32,000 nt of DNA from Candidatus Thalassarchaeaceae archaeon (lineage in GTDB: Archaea > Thermoplasmatota > Poseidoniia > Poseidoniales > Thalassarchaeaceae). Position numbers and translations under genes: made by a program. The stretch's first letter is position 1; each line of letters starts with the position of its first letter. Shown here one piece after another: positions 1-8,952 of this stretch. The DNA lies in NCBI GenBank assembly GCA_045568075.1, contig JBJLBP010000001.1, forward strand, positions 480,001 to 512,000, in the 5' to 3' direction. The notes under the pieces were generated by a model. That model did not search any database. It was not told the DNA's origin and saw only the letters and a list, made by a program, of their open reading frames with translations.

Positions 1-2
1 TA

Positions 3-932
3 ACTGGCGCGCTCGGCCAGATTGGTACTGAACTGACTGAGGCTTTGCGCGAGCGTTACGGAGCGGATGCAGTTGTCGCGAGTGATGTGCGAGATTTACC
101 CGACCACCCCTGCGTATTGGGCGGGCCTTACAGGAATCTGAGTGTGATCGACGCCGATGCCTTCGATCGAGTCGTAGTCGAGGAAGGCATCGGTACCGTC
201 TATCATCTCGCTGCGATTCTCAGTGCAGCGGGTGAGAAGAAGCCGGAGTTATGCGAGCGAATCAATGTAGGTGGGACAGTCACTGTGCTTGAGGCCGCTC
301 GGAATCATTCGCTGCGTGTTTACGCACCTTCTTCGATTGCAGTTTTTGGGCCTGATGCGCCTAAGCATGCGCCTCAGGAGTGTGCACTGAACCCGACCAC
401 TATGTATGGCCAAACCAAAGTCACAGGAGAGCGTCTAGCGATGAATTACTGGAAGCAATACGGAGTTGATGTCCGCGGAATCCGCTATCCTGGGCTAGTT
501 TCCTACAAGGCTCCGGCCGGAGGTGGCACGACCGATTACGCAGTCGATATTTTCCATCATGCTCTCAAAAACGGACACTACGATTGCTTCGTTCGTGGAG
601 ATACAAGGTTACCGATGATGTACATGGATGATGCGATTCGTGCAACGATTGCCTTGATGGATGCACCAGTTGAGGCAATCGGGACAGCGCGCGGCGGCTA
701 CAACCTCTCTGGATGCTCTTTCACGGCGACTGAATTGGCAGAGGCTGTTGGCGCACGTGTCCCGGGATTCACTTGCGACTTTTTGCCAGATGTCAGGCAG
801 AAATATGCCGATTCATGGCCAGATTCTGTTGATGATGAGGCTGCTCAGTCCGATTGGGGCTGGGATGCTGAGTATGACTTGGATGCGATGTGCGATGCCA
901 TGATCGCTGGCCTTCAGTCATCATCGATTTGA
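3..932 (+). CDS. tdh: NAD-dependent L-threonine 3-dehydrogenase-like enzyme (extended SDR / epimerase fold), 5'-truncated by the window edge
   Basis: The frame stays open back to base 3, and the first codons read TGALGQIGTEL (GxxGxxG Rossmann motif). The TTG at 45 in the ORF track is therefore internal. It has a YGQTK (YxxxK) catalytic motif. The block TTDYAVDIF...LPMMYMDDAIRATIALM matches what I recall of SDR-type threonine dehydrogenases. Confidence 0.75.
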   Translation, partial: TGALGQIGTELTEALRERYGADAVVASDVRDLPDHPCVLGGPYRNLSVIDADAFDRVVVEEGIGTVYHLAAILSAAGEKKPELCERINVGGTVTVLEAARNHSLRVYAPSSIAVFGPDAPKHAPQECALNPTTMYGQTKVTGERLAMNYWKQYGVDVRGIRYPGLVSYKAPAGGGTTDYAVDIFHHALKNGHYDCFVRGDTRLPMMYMDDAIRATIALMDAPVEAIGTARGGYNLSGCSFTATELAEAVGARVPGFTCDFLPDVRQKYADSWPDSVDDEAAQSDWGWDAEYDLDAMCDAMIAGLQSSSI

Positions 933-2509
933 TTCGACCAATCGGGTGTCTCAGGACCTGCCTGAGCCCAAAGGACATCGTCGATTCTTAGGACGTTGAT
1001 GGCAGCTTCAGTTGCACCAGTCAGAGCTTGGCGGGAGACAAATAGTGGATCATTTATGCCCGCTTTTGCCATATCGGTCTTTTTTCCACTCATCGCGTCG
1101 AGACCAAACCATGCGCCCTTCTTGGATTGGGCTGCTGACAGGGCGAGAATCTCGTCGATTGGGTCGAGCCCTGCATTCTCTGCGATTGCCCGCGGGATGA
1201 CTTCTAGTGCATCTGCAAAGCCCTCGATTGCGAGCTGTTCGCGTCCCTTCTGAGTTGTTGCATAGGCTCGCAGGTGGCGGGCCAAATGTATCTGAGTTCC
1301 TCCTCCGCCTGGTAGGATTCGTGGTTCTCTGACGAGTCTGAAGGCGACGCCGAGGGCGTCGTCGAAGGCTCGACTGACTTCTTCTCGCATTGCCGGTGTT
1401 GTTCCACGAAGAAGTGCAGTCATCGCCGCTCCTGTGCCGTCGATTCTGAGATGCCAAGCATCCTCGACCTTCTCCTCAGAGCGAGATGTGTAAGCGCCAA
1501 CATCGTCTGCTGAGATTCTGTTTGCGTCTCGTATCATGCGAGCGCCGGTCAAGACGCAAAGGCGCTCGAGGTCCTCTCGCTCGAATCGTCGGTATGCTGT
1601 GATTCCCGCTTTCTTGAGGAACGGCTCGGCATCATCTGCGATACCATCACGCACACATAGCAAGTCTATGTTGAGTGAAGCTAGAGATTCGACCTGCGTA
1701 GCCAACTTAGTTCGCTTTCGCTCAGCAAAACCAGCGAGCACACCTGTACTGCGAATCTCAATCTGCGCATCAAATTCCAATTCGCGCGTTTCAAGTCCAC
1801 CATCAATGATCGCGATTCTACCCCCCTCGGAGTGACTTGGAGTGGTGAAATCAAGGCGCTGCTTGCGAAGTACCAATCCATGCGCAATCTCAGAGTCAGC
1901 CGCTGCGCCGTCAGCCATTTTTAGCCTCTTCACACGCACACGCTCAAGGTCGTCTCCGCCCTCTTCTTCCGCGATTGCTCGTGCTGTTTCGATAGCCAAT
2001 CCAGTCATCCTGCGCGAAAGAGCAGTGTCGACCTTTCCTGCCATCGTGGTAGCGACAGCATCGGCCAACTGTTTCTCGTTTGCCTCGCGGGAGATCTCTT
2101 CGAGTTGAGAAAGCGCTTCTTCCATAGCGATACGGTAACCGTTCATGATGAGAGACGGATGGACTCCTATGCGAGAGAGTTCCAGTGAATTGCGAAGTAG
2201 TTCAGCCGTCAGTAGTACCGAGGTTGTAGTCCCATCTCGGGCTATTCGATCCTGCGCCGAACTCGTCGAAATCAACAGATTCGCCGTCGGATGCTCAACC
2301 TTCGCGGTCTCCAAAACAGTAACTCCATCGTTCGTCACGATGATTTCACCGTTCTCATCTACGAGCATCTTGTCAGAGCCGCGCGGACCCAGAGTTGAAC
2401 GTACCGCGCCGGCTAGAGCGAGGGCCGCCTTGGTATTGTTTACGAGAGCCGAGCGCCCCTCGATTCGGTCTGTGTCCTGCAAAGCTACATCCTGCTCGGA
2501 CTCGACCAT
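914..2509 (-). CDS. ths: Thermosome subunit (group II chaperonin, Cpn60/TCP-1 family)
   Basis: ATG at 2509, 531 aa. It carries GPRGSDKMLVD, VTNDGVTVL, DGTTT and PGGGG blocks that line up with thermosome/CCT signatures. It is divergent from the Hsp20-like/dnaK unit. Confidence 0.9.
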   Translation of the reverse strand: MVESEQDVALQDTDRIEGRSALVNNTKAALALAGAVRSTLGPRGSDKMLVDENGEIIVTNDGVTVLETAKVEHPTANLLISTSSAQDRIARDGTTTSVLLTAELLRNSLELSRIGVHPSLIMNGYRIAMEEALSQLEEISREANEKQLADAVATTMAGKVDTALSRRMTGLAIETARAIAEEEGGDDLERVRVKRLKMADGAAADSEIAHGLVLRKQRLDFTTPSHSEGGRIAIIDGGLETRELEFDAQIEIRSTGVLAGFAERKRTKLATQVESLASLNIDLLCVRDGIADDAEPFLKKAGITAYRRFEREDLERLCVLTGARMIRDANRISADDVGAYTSRSEEKVEDAWHLRIDGTGAAMTALLRGTTPAMREEVSRAFDDALGVAFRLVREPRILPGGGGTQIHLARHLRAYATTQKGREQLAIEGFADALEVIPRAIAENAGLDPIDEILALSAAQSKKGAWFGLDAMSGKKTDMAKAGINDPLFVSRQALTGATEAAINVLRIDDVLWAQAGPETPDWSNQIDDD

Positions 2510-2724
2510 GAGCCAGCCGAACCGCAGGCCCGATTTGAATGCGATGCTGCCGGTGCTCAGGGCAGCTAATAACCTCGTTCCGAACTATCAACAGACTCGC
2601 AGCATCACGTTTCATCACGAGCGCACAACCCCGTGCACACACGCGCGCGAGTATGCTATCCACCGTTCGATTCAAATATGGCCCATCGCTCGGACTATAC
2701 AACCTCAAGTTGAGTAGTGGTATT

Positions 2725-3369
2725 ATGAGCACTGTAGACAAAGACGAATTCGACGACAGGATCCTCGAGGAGATGGCCAAGATGTTCTCTGATATGGGAA
2801 TGCCAATCGATGTCGAAATGCTGCAGAATATGATGCGCCAGGTTCGACAGCAGTTCGAGGAAATGGGAATTGATCCAGAGCAGATGTCATCAACTGATAT
2901 CCGTATGCGAACCGATGTTGATCCGGAGGAGTTCCGCAAGCAAATGGAAACTATGCTCAGCGGCCCGGGCGGAATGGGAGATCTGTTCCGTAACATGGGA
3001 ATTAAGGTACAATTCGATGGTAGCCCTTCCGTTACCGAGGCTCCGGAAATCGAGGTCGAAGAAGAAGAAGTGATCGAGGAATCGGACAATGACTTACCGG
3101 TTGAAGACGTATTCATCCATGAAGATCGAATGTGCATCACAGTTGACATCTCACGATTCACCGATATCGAGCCGGAAGAAGTCGAACTCAACCTCACCGG
3201 TGGCGGAGAAATTCTGCAACTGATGAAGACCACACAAATGCGCCCTCTGAAGCGCTACACCCTTCCTCATTCTGCGGAGAATATTGTAGAATGGGACCTG
3301 AATAACGGCATTCTCGATGTTAAATTCGACATCGACGCGGCGGCTGTGTCCGCCGACGAAAGTGAGTGA
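2725..3369 (+). CDS. Acidic, Met-rich protein with a C-terminal Hsp20/alpha-crystallin-like (p23/CS-fold-like) beta domain
   Basis: ATG at 2725 (MSTVDKDE...). The upstream extension to 2539 in the ORF track is Cys/Arg-rich and runs into the divergent promoter region. The C-terminal VFIHEDRMCITVDISRFTDIEPEEVELNLTGGG..LQL...YTLPHSAENIVEWDLNNGILDVKFDI follows the sHSP pattern (V.VD.PG...edi.v...g..L.I...y.r...LP..v....i.A...NGvL.v). The stop lies 21 nt before the dnaK ATG. Confidence 0.5.
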   Translation: MSTVDKDEFDDRILEEMAKMFSDMGMPIDVEMLQNMMRQVRQQFEEMGIDPEQMSSTDIRMRTDVDPEEFRKQMETMLSGPGGMGDLFRNMGIKVQFDGSPSVTEAPEIEVEEEEVIEESDNDLPVEDVFIHEDRMCITVDISRFTDIEPEEVELNLTGGGEILQLMKTTQMRPLKRYTLPHSAENIVEWDLNNGILDVKFDIDAAAVSADESE

Positions 3370-3390
3370 AATCTGAATGGAGTGAATGAA

Positions 3391-5292
3391 ATGGGTACAC
3401 CTGTAATTGGAATAGATCTTGGAACTACAAACAGCTGTGTAGCGACCCTCGAGGGTGGTCAAGCAGTCGTCATACCGAATTCGGAAGGCAGTCGTACGAC
3501 ACCTTCGGTTGTCGCTTTTACCAAAGATGGCGACCGCCTAGTTGGAATCACTGCGAAGCGACAGGCGGTCACCAATTCCGATCGCACAATCCTGTCTGTT
3601 AAGCGTGAGATGGGGACTGATTGGACTCAGTCGATTGGCGACGATCCTTACACTCCTCAGGAGGTCTCGGCCTTCATTCTGCAGAAGCTCAAGGCCGATG
3701 CTGAAGCATATCTCGGGCAGGAGGTCAAGCAGGCAGTGATTACCTGCCCGGCATATTTCACCGATGCTCAGAGAAAGGCTACCCGCGATGCTGGGCGCAT
3801 CGCTGGCCTCGAAGTTCTTCGTATCATCAACGAGCCGACCGCGGCTGCTCTTGCATACGGCGTCGACAAGGATGACGACCAGACGATTCTGGTCTACGAT
3901 TTGGGCGGTGGAACCTTCGATGTCTCAATCCTCGAGATTTACTTAGTCGATGACCAACCTCAGATTGAGGTAAAGGCAACGAGTGGAGACAATCGCCTCG
4001 GTGGAGACGACTTCGACGAAGTTGTAATCGAATGGATTGTAACTGAATTCAAGAAGACGACAGGAATTGATCTTTCTAGCGATATGCAAGCGATGAGTCG
4101 CCTGCGTGAAGCTGCAGAGAAGGCAAAGATCGAGCTGTCAGGAACTGGTACAACCCAGATTAATCTTCCATTCATCACCATGAGTGATGGACAGCCCGAG
4201 CATCTTGACCTCTCTCTCTCCCGATCGAAGTTCGAGGAACTCATCGCTGCGCTCATCGAGCGAACTATGTCCCCTACTCGTCGGGCAATGAAGGATGCTG
4301 GCGTCTCCAAAGGAGAGGTTGACAAGGTCATTCTCGTCGGTGGTTCGACACGTGTTCCAGCGGTTCAGGTTGCTATCGAGAAGGAAGTTGGCAAGGCTCC
4401 ATTCAAGGGAATCAATCCTGATGAGGCCGTCGCTGTTGGCGCCGCTCTACAAGCGGGAATCATTGTCGGCGACGAGGGTGTGACCGATGTACTGCTCCTC
4501 GATGTCACACCGCTTACACTAGGAATTGAGACTCTCGGCGGCGTCACTACCATGATGATTGAGCGTAATACTACGATTCCAAGCCGCCGCTCTGAGGTCT
4601 TTTCGACCGCATCCGACAATCAACCAGCGGTCGAGGTTCATGTCCTACAGGGCGAGCGTGAGTTCGCCAAAGACAACAGCACGCTCGGACGCTTCCACTT
4701 GATGGGGATTCCAGCCGCACCTCGAGGAATTCCACAGATTGAGGTCACTTTCGACATCGACGCTAACGGAATCGTCAATGTCTCTGCTAAGGACCTCGGA
4801 ACTGGAACTGAGCAATCGATCAAAATCGAGAGTCAAACTTCGCTTTCTGAGGACGACATCAAGTCGAAGATTTCCGAGGCCGAGGAGTTCGCTGAGGAAG
4901 ACAAGCGCCGTAAGGTACGCGTCGACCTACGCAACCAAGCCGACAGCATCGTCTACCAAACTCGCAAAATGCTCGATGAGTCGGGCGAGAAACTCTCCGA
5001 CGAGGACAAGGCACCTGTCAATGAGAAGCTCGACGAACTCGAGTCGCTAATCATGAAAGATGGCCAGCCCATCGATTTCGATGATCTTGATGAGGCTGCA
5101 ATTCAGACCACGATGGGCGAATTGGAACAGGCCATGCATGGTGTCTCAACCAAACTCTACGAGGCTGCAGCAGCCGAGATGGCTGAGCAGCAAGCCGCTA
5201 CCGATGCCGAGTCTGCAGATGACGATGGCGATGGTGTAGTCGAAGCTGACTTCGAAGTCGTTGACGGCGATGAAGATAATGATGCTGACTAA
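3391..5292 (+). CDS. dnaK: Hsp70 chaperone DnaK
   Basis: It has [38 protein letters not shown] and an acidic C-terminal tail. I prefer the ATG at 3391 because GGAGTGA sits at 3379-3385 as a Shine-Dalgarno motif. The GTG at 3382 in the ORF track is the alternative. Confidence 0.95.
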   Translation: MGTPVIGIDLGTTNSCVATLEGGQAVVIPNSEGSRTTPSVVAFTKDGDRLVGITAKRQAVTNSDRTILSVKREMGTDWTQSIGDDPYTPQEVSAFILQKLKADAEAYLGQEVKQAVITCPAYFTDAQRKATRDAGRIAGLEVLRIINEPTAAALAYGVDKDDDQTILVYDLGGGTFDVSILEIYLVDDQPQIEVKATSGDNRLGGDDFDEVVIEWIVTEFKKTTGIDLSSDMQAMSRLREAAEKAKIELSGTGTTQINLPFITMSDGQPEHLDLSLSRSKFEELIAALIERTMSPTRRAMKDAGVSKGEVDKVILVGGSTRVPAVQVAIEKEVGKAPFKGINPDEAVAVGAALQAGIIVGDEGVTDVLLLDVTPLTLGIETLGGVTTMMIERNTTIPSRRSEVFSTASDNQPAVEVHVLQGEREFAKDNSTLGRFHLMGIPAAPRGIPQIEVTFDIDANGIVNVSAKDLGTGTEQSIKIESQTSLSEDDIKSKISEAEEFAEEDKRRKVRVDLRNQADSIVYQTRKMLDESGEKLSDEDKAPVNEKLDELESLIMKDGQPIDFDDLDEAAIQTTMGELEQAMHGVSTKLYEAAAAEMAEQQAATDAESADDDGDGVVEADFEVVDGDEDNDAD

Positions 5293-5324
5293 AGATTGAA
5301 GGTGGCTGACGCCACATTCGAATC

Positions 5325-5945
5325 ATGCGAACCGCACCCAAAGTGATGCTTGGTCTCGGTGGAGTCCTGCTAGTGATTGGAATTCTCGCCTTTGCGATAG
5401 GCGGAGCGATCGTATCTGAGGTTTCTCCTGAGAGCGAGGATTGGAGTGGTACTCTGAAGTGGGAAGGGACAACTCCAACGACCTACGAAGGAGAATTTGA
5501 TTGGACTCATACCTACAATGTCTGGGTCGAGGAAGGATCAAACGTTCAGGTCGAGGTTCTTTTCGGAAGTTCTGATGACCGATTCATTTCCTGTGAGGAA
5601 CTCGATGATTGTTGGATTTTCGATTATGATGGAGCAATCCCAGGATTCGAGTATATCGGCGAAATTTGGATTATGAATTCTGGAACTTACACCGTCGAAT
5701 TCAGCGGGGACAATAACGTGGATGTCATGATCCGCGATGATGAATCATTCGGAGGATTTCTCGGAATGATGGGAGGAGGCGGTGTCTGTTGCTTCGGTAT
5801 TCTTTTCCTCATCATCGGAGGAATTCTCGCTACTACGATGAAGGACAAACCCAAGGTTCAGACCACAATTCAGATTGATAATGAAATGGTTGTTGTTCAA
5901 GACGAATCTAATGAGAAGTGGTACGACCAAGATGAATCGACTTAA
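5325..5945 (+). CDS. Hypothetical membrane protein (N-terminal TM, acidic ~130-aa loop, Gly/Cys-rich C-terminal TM)
   Basis: ATG at 5325, 206 aa. It has hydrophobic segments VMLGLGGVLLVIGILAFAIGGAIV and GVCCFGILFLIIGGILATT. I recognise no family. It starts 32 nt downstream of dnaK. Confidence 0.55.
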   Translation: MRTAPKVMLGLGGVLLVIGILAFAIGGAIVSEVSPESEDWSGTLKWEGTTPTTYEGEFDWTHTYNVWVEEGSNVQVEVLFGSSDDRFISCEELDDCWIFDYDGAIPGFEYIGEIWIMNSGTYTVEFSGDNNVDVMIRDDESFGGFLGMMGGGGVCCFGILFLIIGGILATTMKDKPKVQTTIQIDNEMVVVQDESNEKWYDQDEST

Positions 5946-5948
5946 TCA

Positions 5949-7454
5949 TCAGTCCTGAGTAATCAGGAGATGAAGCGTTCGGACATGTACACCGGTACCG
6001 CCGTGTGCAACACAGGCGTTGGTATCTGCACCCCAAGCAGTTCCGGCTATGTCTAGATGGGCCCAAGGAATCTGTGATTTTTCTCCATCTTCTCCCTCAC
6101 GCTCTTGGACGAATTGCTTCAGGAAAGCAGCAGCTGTGTTCGCACCGCCCCAGCGGCCTTTGCCTCCATTCCTAACATCTGCAAACTTGGAACTGGTCAT
6201 CTCCTTCTCGAAAGCAGGTAGAAGCGGCATTGGCCATGCTAGTTCGTCAACATCGTTCCCTGCTTCGTGGATTCGGTCTCGTAATTTGTCATCATTTGAC
6301 CAAAGTCCAGATGCCTCATGTCCTAGAGCAACTACACAGGCTCCAGTCAGAGTCGCTAGATCAACGATGTATGATGGATTGAGTTCGGCAGCCTTCCAAA
6401 GACCATCAGAAAGCACATTTCGACCCTCAGCATCGGTGCTGAAAATTTCAATCGTCTTGCCGGAGTAAGTGTCGATAACGTCCCCAGGTCGGTATGCTTC
6501 AGCACTTGGCATATTTTCTGCCATGCAAGTGATTCCGTTTACTCGACCCTCGTATCCGGTTGCCCAAAGGGATTGGAATAGCCCGAAGACTGTAGCCGAT
6601 CCATGCATATCGTACTTCATGTCCCACATGCCTTGGCTAGGCTTGATTGAAATTCCCCCGGTATCGAAAGTGATTCCTTTTCCAACGATACAAGGCACCT
6701 GTTCGCCTTCTTGAGTATCGGGATTTAGTCGGAAGAAAACCATGCAGGGCTTACGAATACTACCCTTTCCGACAGCGATTACACCCTGCATACCTTCTTT
6801 TTGCAGCCGCGCGTAATCCCAAACCTCAACCTCAACATTTTCCTTACCCTCAGCCCACTCTAGGGCTCTGCGGCCGTATTCATCAGGATACAGTCGGTTT
6901 GCAGGTTCGTTGGCTAGGTCGCGTGCTAAGTGAACACCCGTGGCGATTGAGCCCGCCTTTGTGACAGCTGCACCGAGCGCTTCGAGATGGCGATTGTGGG
7001 CTTGGCACTCGAGCGACCACTCGCCCTTGTCTTGCCCATCTTCGTCTTTCTTCTGGTACTTGTCGAAGGAATAATCACGCAGAATCATGCCTTCGGCGAA
7101 GGCAGCCATGTTTGCTGTCTTCCAGCCGGATGTGAACCGCACAACGATTTCTGTGCCGAGGTCCTTTGAGAGTTTGGCAAGGCACTTGGCACCTGCGTCG
7201 CGAGCACCTTTGTGCGTGAGCTTCTCCTTGTCGCCTACGCCGACGAAAATTATTGTGCAACCCTCGGTCCAGACGCTCAGCGACTCTCCCGGTTTGCCAG
7301 AGATAGTGTCGCTGGCTGCCGCGGCCTTGACAGCGATACTCGCGCCGCGGCTTAATCCAACAGTAGTATTGTTCGGAGCCTTCTCCAATTTCCCAAATAC
7401 GGGAATAATCATGATGTCTCCAGTCCTATCAAAACTGCCGCTTGTCGCCTGCAT
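5949..7454 (-). CDS. pepA: Leucyl aminopeptidase, peptidase family M17
   Basis: It has VGKGITFDTGGISIKPSQGMWDMKYDMHGSATV and STDAEGR (the NTDAEGR signature). NEPANRLYP is also present. The first ATG is at 7454; the ORF-track start at 7460 is a TTG. Confidence 0.9.
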   Translation of the reverse strand: MQATSGSFDRTGDIMIIPVFGKLEKAPNNTTVGLSRGASIAVKAAAASDTISGKPGESLSVWTEGCTIIFVGVGDKEKLTHKGARDAGAKCLAKLSKDLGTEIVVRFTSGWKTANMAAFAEGMILRDYSFDKYQKKDEDGQDKGEWSLECQAHNRHLEALGAAVTKAGSIATGVHLARDLANEPANRLYPDEYGRRALEWAEGKENVEVEVWDYARLQKEGMQGVIAVGKGSIRKPCMVFFRLNPDTQEGEQVPCIVGKGITFDTGGISIKPSQGMWDMKYDMHGSATVFGLFQSLWATGYEGRVNGITCMAENMPSAEAYRPGDVIDTYSGKTIEIFSTDAEGRNVLSDGLWKAAELNPSYIVDLATLTGACVVALGHEASGLWSNDDKLRDRIHEAGNDVDELAWPMPLLPAFEKEMTSSKFADVRNGGKGRWGGANTAAAFLKQFVQEREGEDGEKSQIPWAHLDIAGTAWGADTNACVAHGGTGVHVRTLHLLITQD

Positions 7455-7470
7455 GAACAATGCGATAAAG

Positions 7471-7485
7471 TTCGAATATACAAAG
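7471..7485 (-). promoter_or_regulatory. Possible TATA-like box for pepA (near-leaderless transcript)
   Basis: The minus strand reads CTTTGTATATTCGAA. Its centre lies about 24 nt upstream of the ATG at 7454, which is the usual archaeal TATA-to-TSS spacing. Confidence 0.3.
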
Positions 7486-7541
7486 AATCTCTATCGAAAT
7501 CCTTGATTTCAAGCCGTTCTTTTTAACAAAGGAGTCAATTA

Positions 7542-8888
7542 TCAAGACTTTACTGATGATTTCTCACGTCCGGCTAAAGCAGCGCCGAGCAATGCAATCA
7601 GTTGAATGAACAGCGAAGGAGCAGGCAAAAACCCGCTTGCACTAGAGTCGATCTTCACGATACTATCATCGATTGGCTCCTCAACCCATTGAGAAACATC
7701 GATGACGCGCTTTTGGTAGTGAATCGACCAAACTCCGTCATCGATGAGTGTCAGATTAGTTGCATCTAGAACGACGCTCGTCTCATTAGTCGCATTTACT
7801 CCAAACAAACTCGAATGCCACAGCATTTCTCCGGCCGAATCAGAATAATGGAACGTGGCATTCGAAGTAGTCGCGTGACCTAAATTCGTCACTTCCGCAC
7901 GAACTTCATCCCCATCCACCACAATACTCTCGATGACTAATCGAGCGCGCCAGTACCAGACATTGGAGATTAGGTAGCGCATGACATCAAGCTCCTCGCC
8001 CAACCGGTCAGATAGCGCTTCGACAGTCCCCAGCAAAAATTGTTCATCATCAGTTTCGAAGGTAAAAGTCGGGTATCCCATGACTCCGTAACCGTAGTCG
8101 CGGCTTGTTCCACAATTCGGGTAAAGCCCCTGGTTTGCATTACGAATTGGAATGTCGGAGATGTTCTCATGGACATCATCGCGAATGAAATGGAAGAGTT
8201 CCCAATCCGAAGGCTGTTCAGGCCATTTACCCCAAGGATAGAGCATAATCCAGACTCCAGTGTGCATTGTGATATACAGGTCAGCATGAGGAACAACCTC
8301 GTTCATGTAAATCGAATTCGCATTAGTTTCGGATTCACTGAATGCACTACTTCCTGGTTGGGTCGTCGGACAGGTATTCCAGTAGTGGTCATAGTTTCGA
8401 TTGAGGTCAACTTGGTTGACATTCCAGCGTGTATCGAAATCATTGCCGTCAGCGTTGAGCATGATGAGAATGTGTAGTTCGGTCGTTGCAAGAACGTCGA
8501 TTACCTCCTGTTCTCCAGCCGCCCATCCTTCGATGTAATACTCAGCGACAAGGAAGGCCAACTCGGTCCCCAGATGCTCATTGCCGTGGTGACCCCCGTC
8601 GATGTAGACCACGTCTTTCTGGGCCCCGTCGGGTTTGGTTTCTTGGCTCCAATCAGATATGCGCAGCATCCAGAGATTTCTGCCCATCTCAGTTTGGCCT
8701 GCGACGATTAGATCGACGATGTCGGGATGATCGTCGGCCCAGTCGTTAACATCCAGTGTTAGCGTTGCGTACGAGTGGTACCAGTGCTCTTGGATGATGT
8801 CTGGTTGACCAACTTGCGCTGCTACCATTGGAGATGCTGACGCAATGGCTAGAGCAGCGATTACTGCGAGCACTGCCGAGCGGCGCAT
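7542..8888 (-). CDS. Secreted zinc carboxypeptidase (M14 family) with a C-terminal beta-rich domain and TM anchor
   Basis: I chose the ATG at 8888 because it gives a canonical signal peptide, MRRSAVLAVIAALAIASASPMVAAQ. The 57-aa extension in the ORF track would overlap the upstream agmatinase gene. It has GGHHGNEHLG (HxxE zinc motif) and M14-like NADGNDF and NRNY blocks. The C-terminus LFIQLIALLGAALAGREK is a membrane anchor. Confidence 0.8.
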   Translation of the reverse strand: MRRSAVLAVIAALAIASASPMVAAQVGQPDIIQEHWYHSYATLTLDVNDWADDHPDIVDLIVAGQTEMGRNLWMLRISDWSQETKPDGAQKDVVYIDGGHHGNEHLGTELAFLVAEYYIEGWAAGEQEVIDVLATTELHILIMLNADGNDFDTRWNVNQVDLNRNYDHYWNTCPTTQPGSSAFSESETNANSIYMNEVVPHADLYITMHTGVWIMLYPWGKWPEQPSDWELFHFIRDDVHENISDIPIRNANQGLYPNCGTSRDYGYGVMGYPTFTFETDDEQFLLGTVEALSDRLGEELDVMRYLISNVWYWRARLVIESIVVDGDEVRAEVTNLGHATTSNATFHYSDSAGEMLWHSSLFGVNATNETSVVLDATNLTLIDDGVWSIHYQKRVIDVSQWVEEPIDDSIVKIDSSASGFLPAPSLFIQLIALLGAALAGREKSSVKS

Positions 8889-8952
8889 AGCGCCGCTGTG
8901 GGGGTGATTCGATTCAAGGGTTCGCACTTCGCGAGAGTGATTAGTGACAGTT

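Noticed and set aside
2373-3233. A 286-aa minus-strand ORF antisense to the Hsp20-like gene
   Set aside because: It is a Ser/Ile/Arg-rich low-complexity translation with no motif. It is the mirror of a GAx/ATG-rich acidic gene, it runs through the divergent promoter region, and it overlaps the thermosome start. I treat it as a shadow ORF.
7542-7640. A shared C-terminal sorting signal (PGF-CTERM/archaeosortase-like) on the anchored proteins ending at 7542, 13600, 16031 and 19969
   Set aside because: All four have a C-terminal TM helix, but I found no common tripeptide motif (PGF/PEF/VPXXXP) before the helix. The tails differ greatly in length, and SGFLPAP in the M14 protein is only a loose resemblance. 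Ordinary tail anchors explain them.
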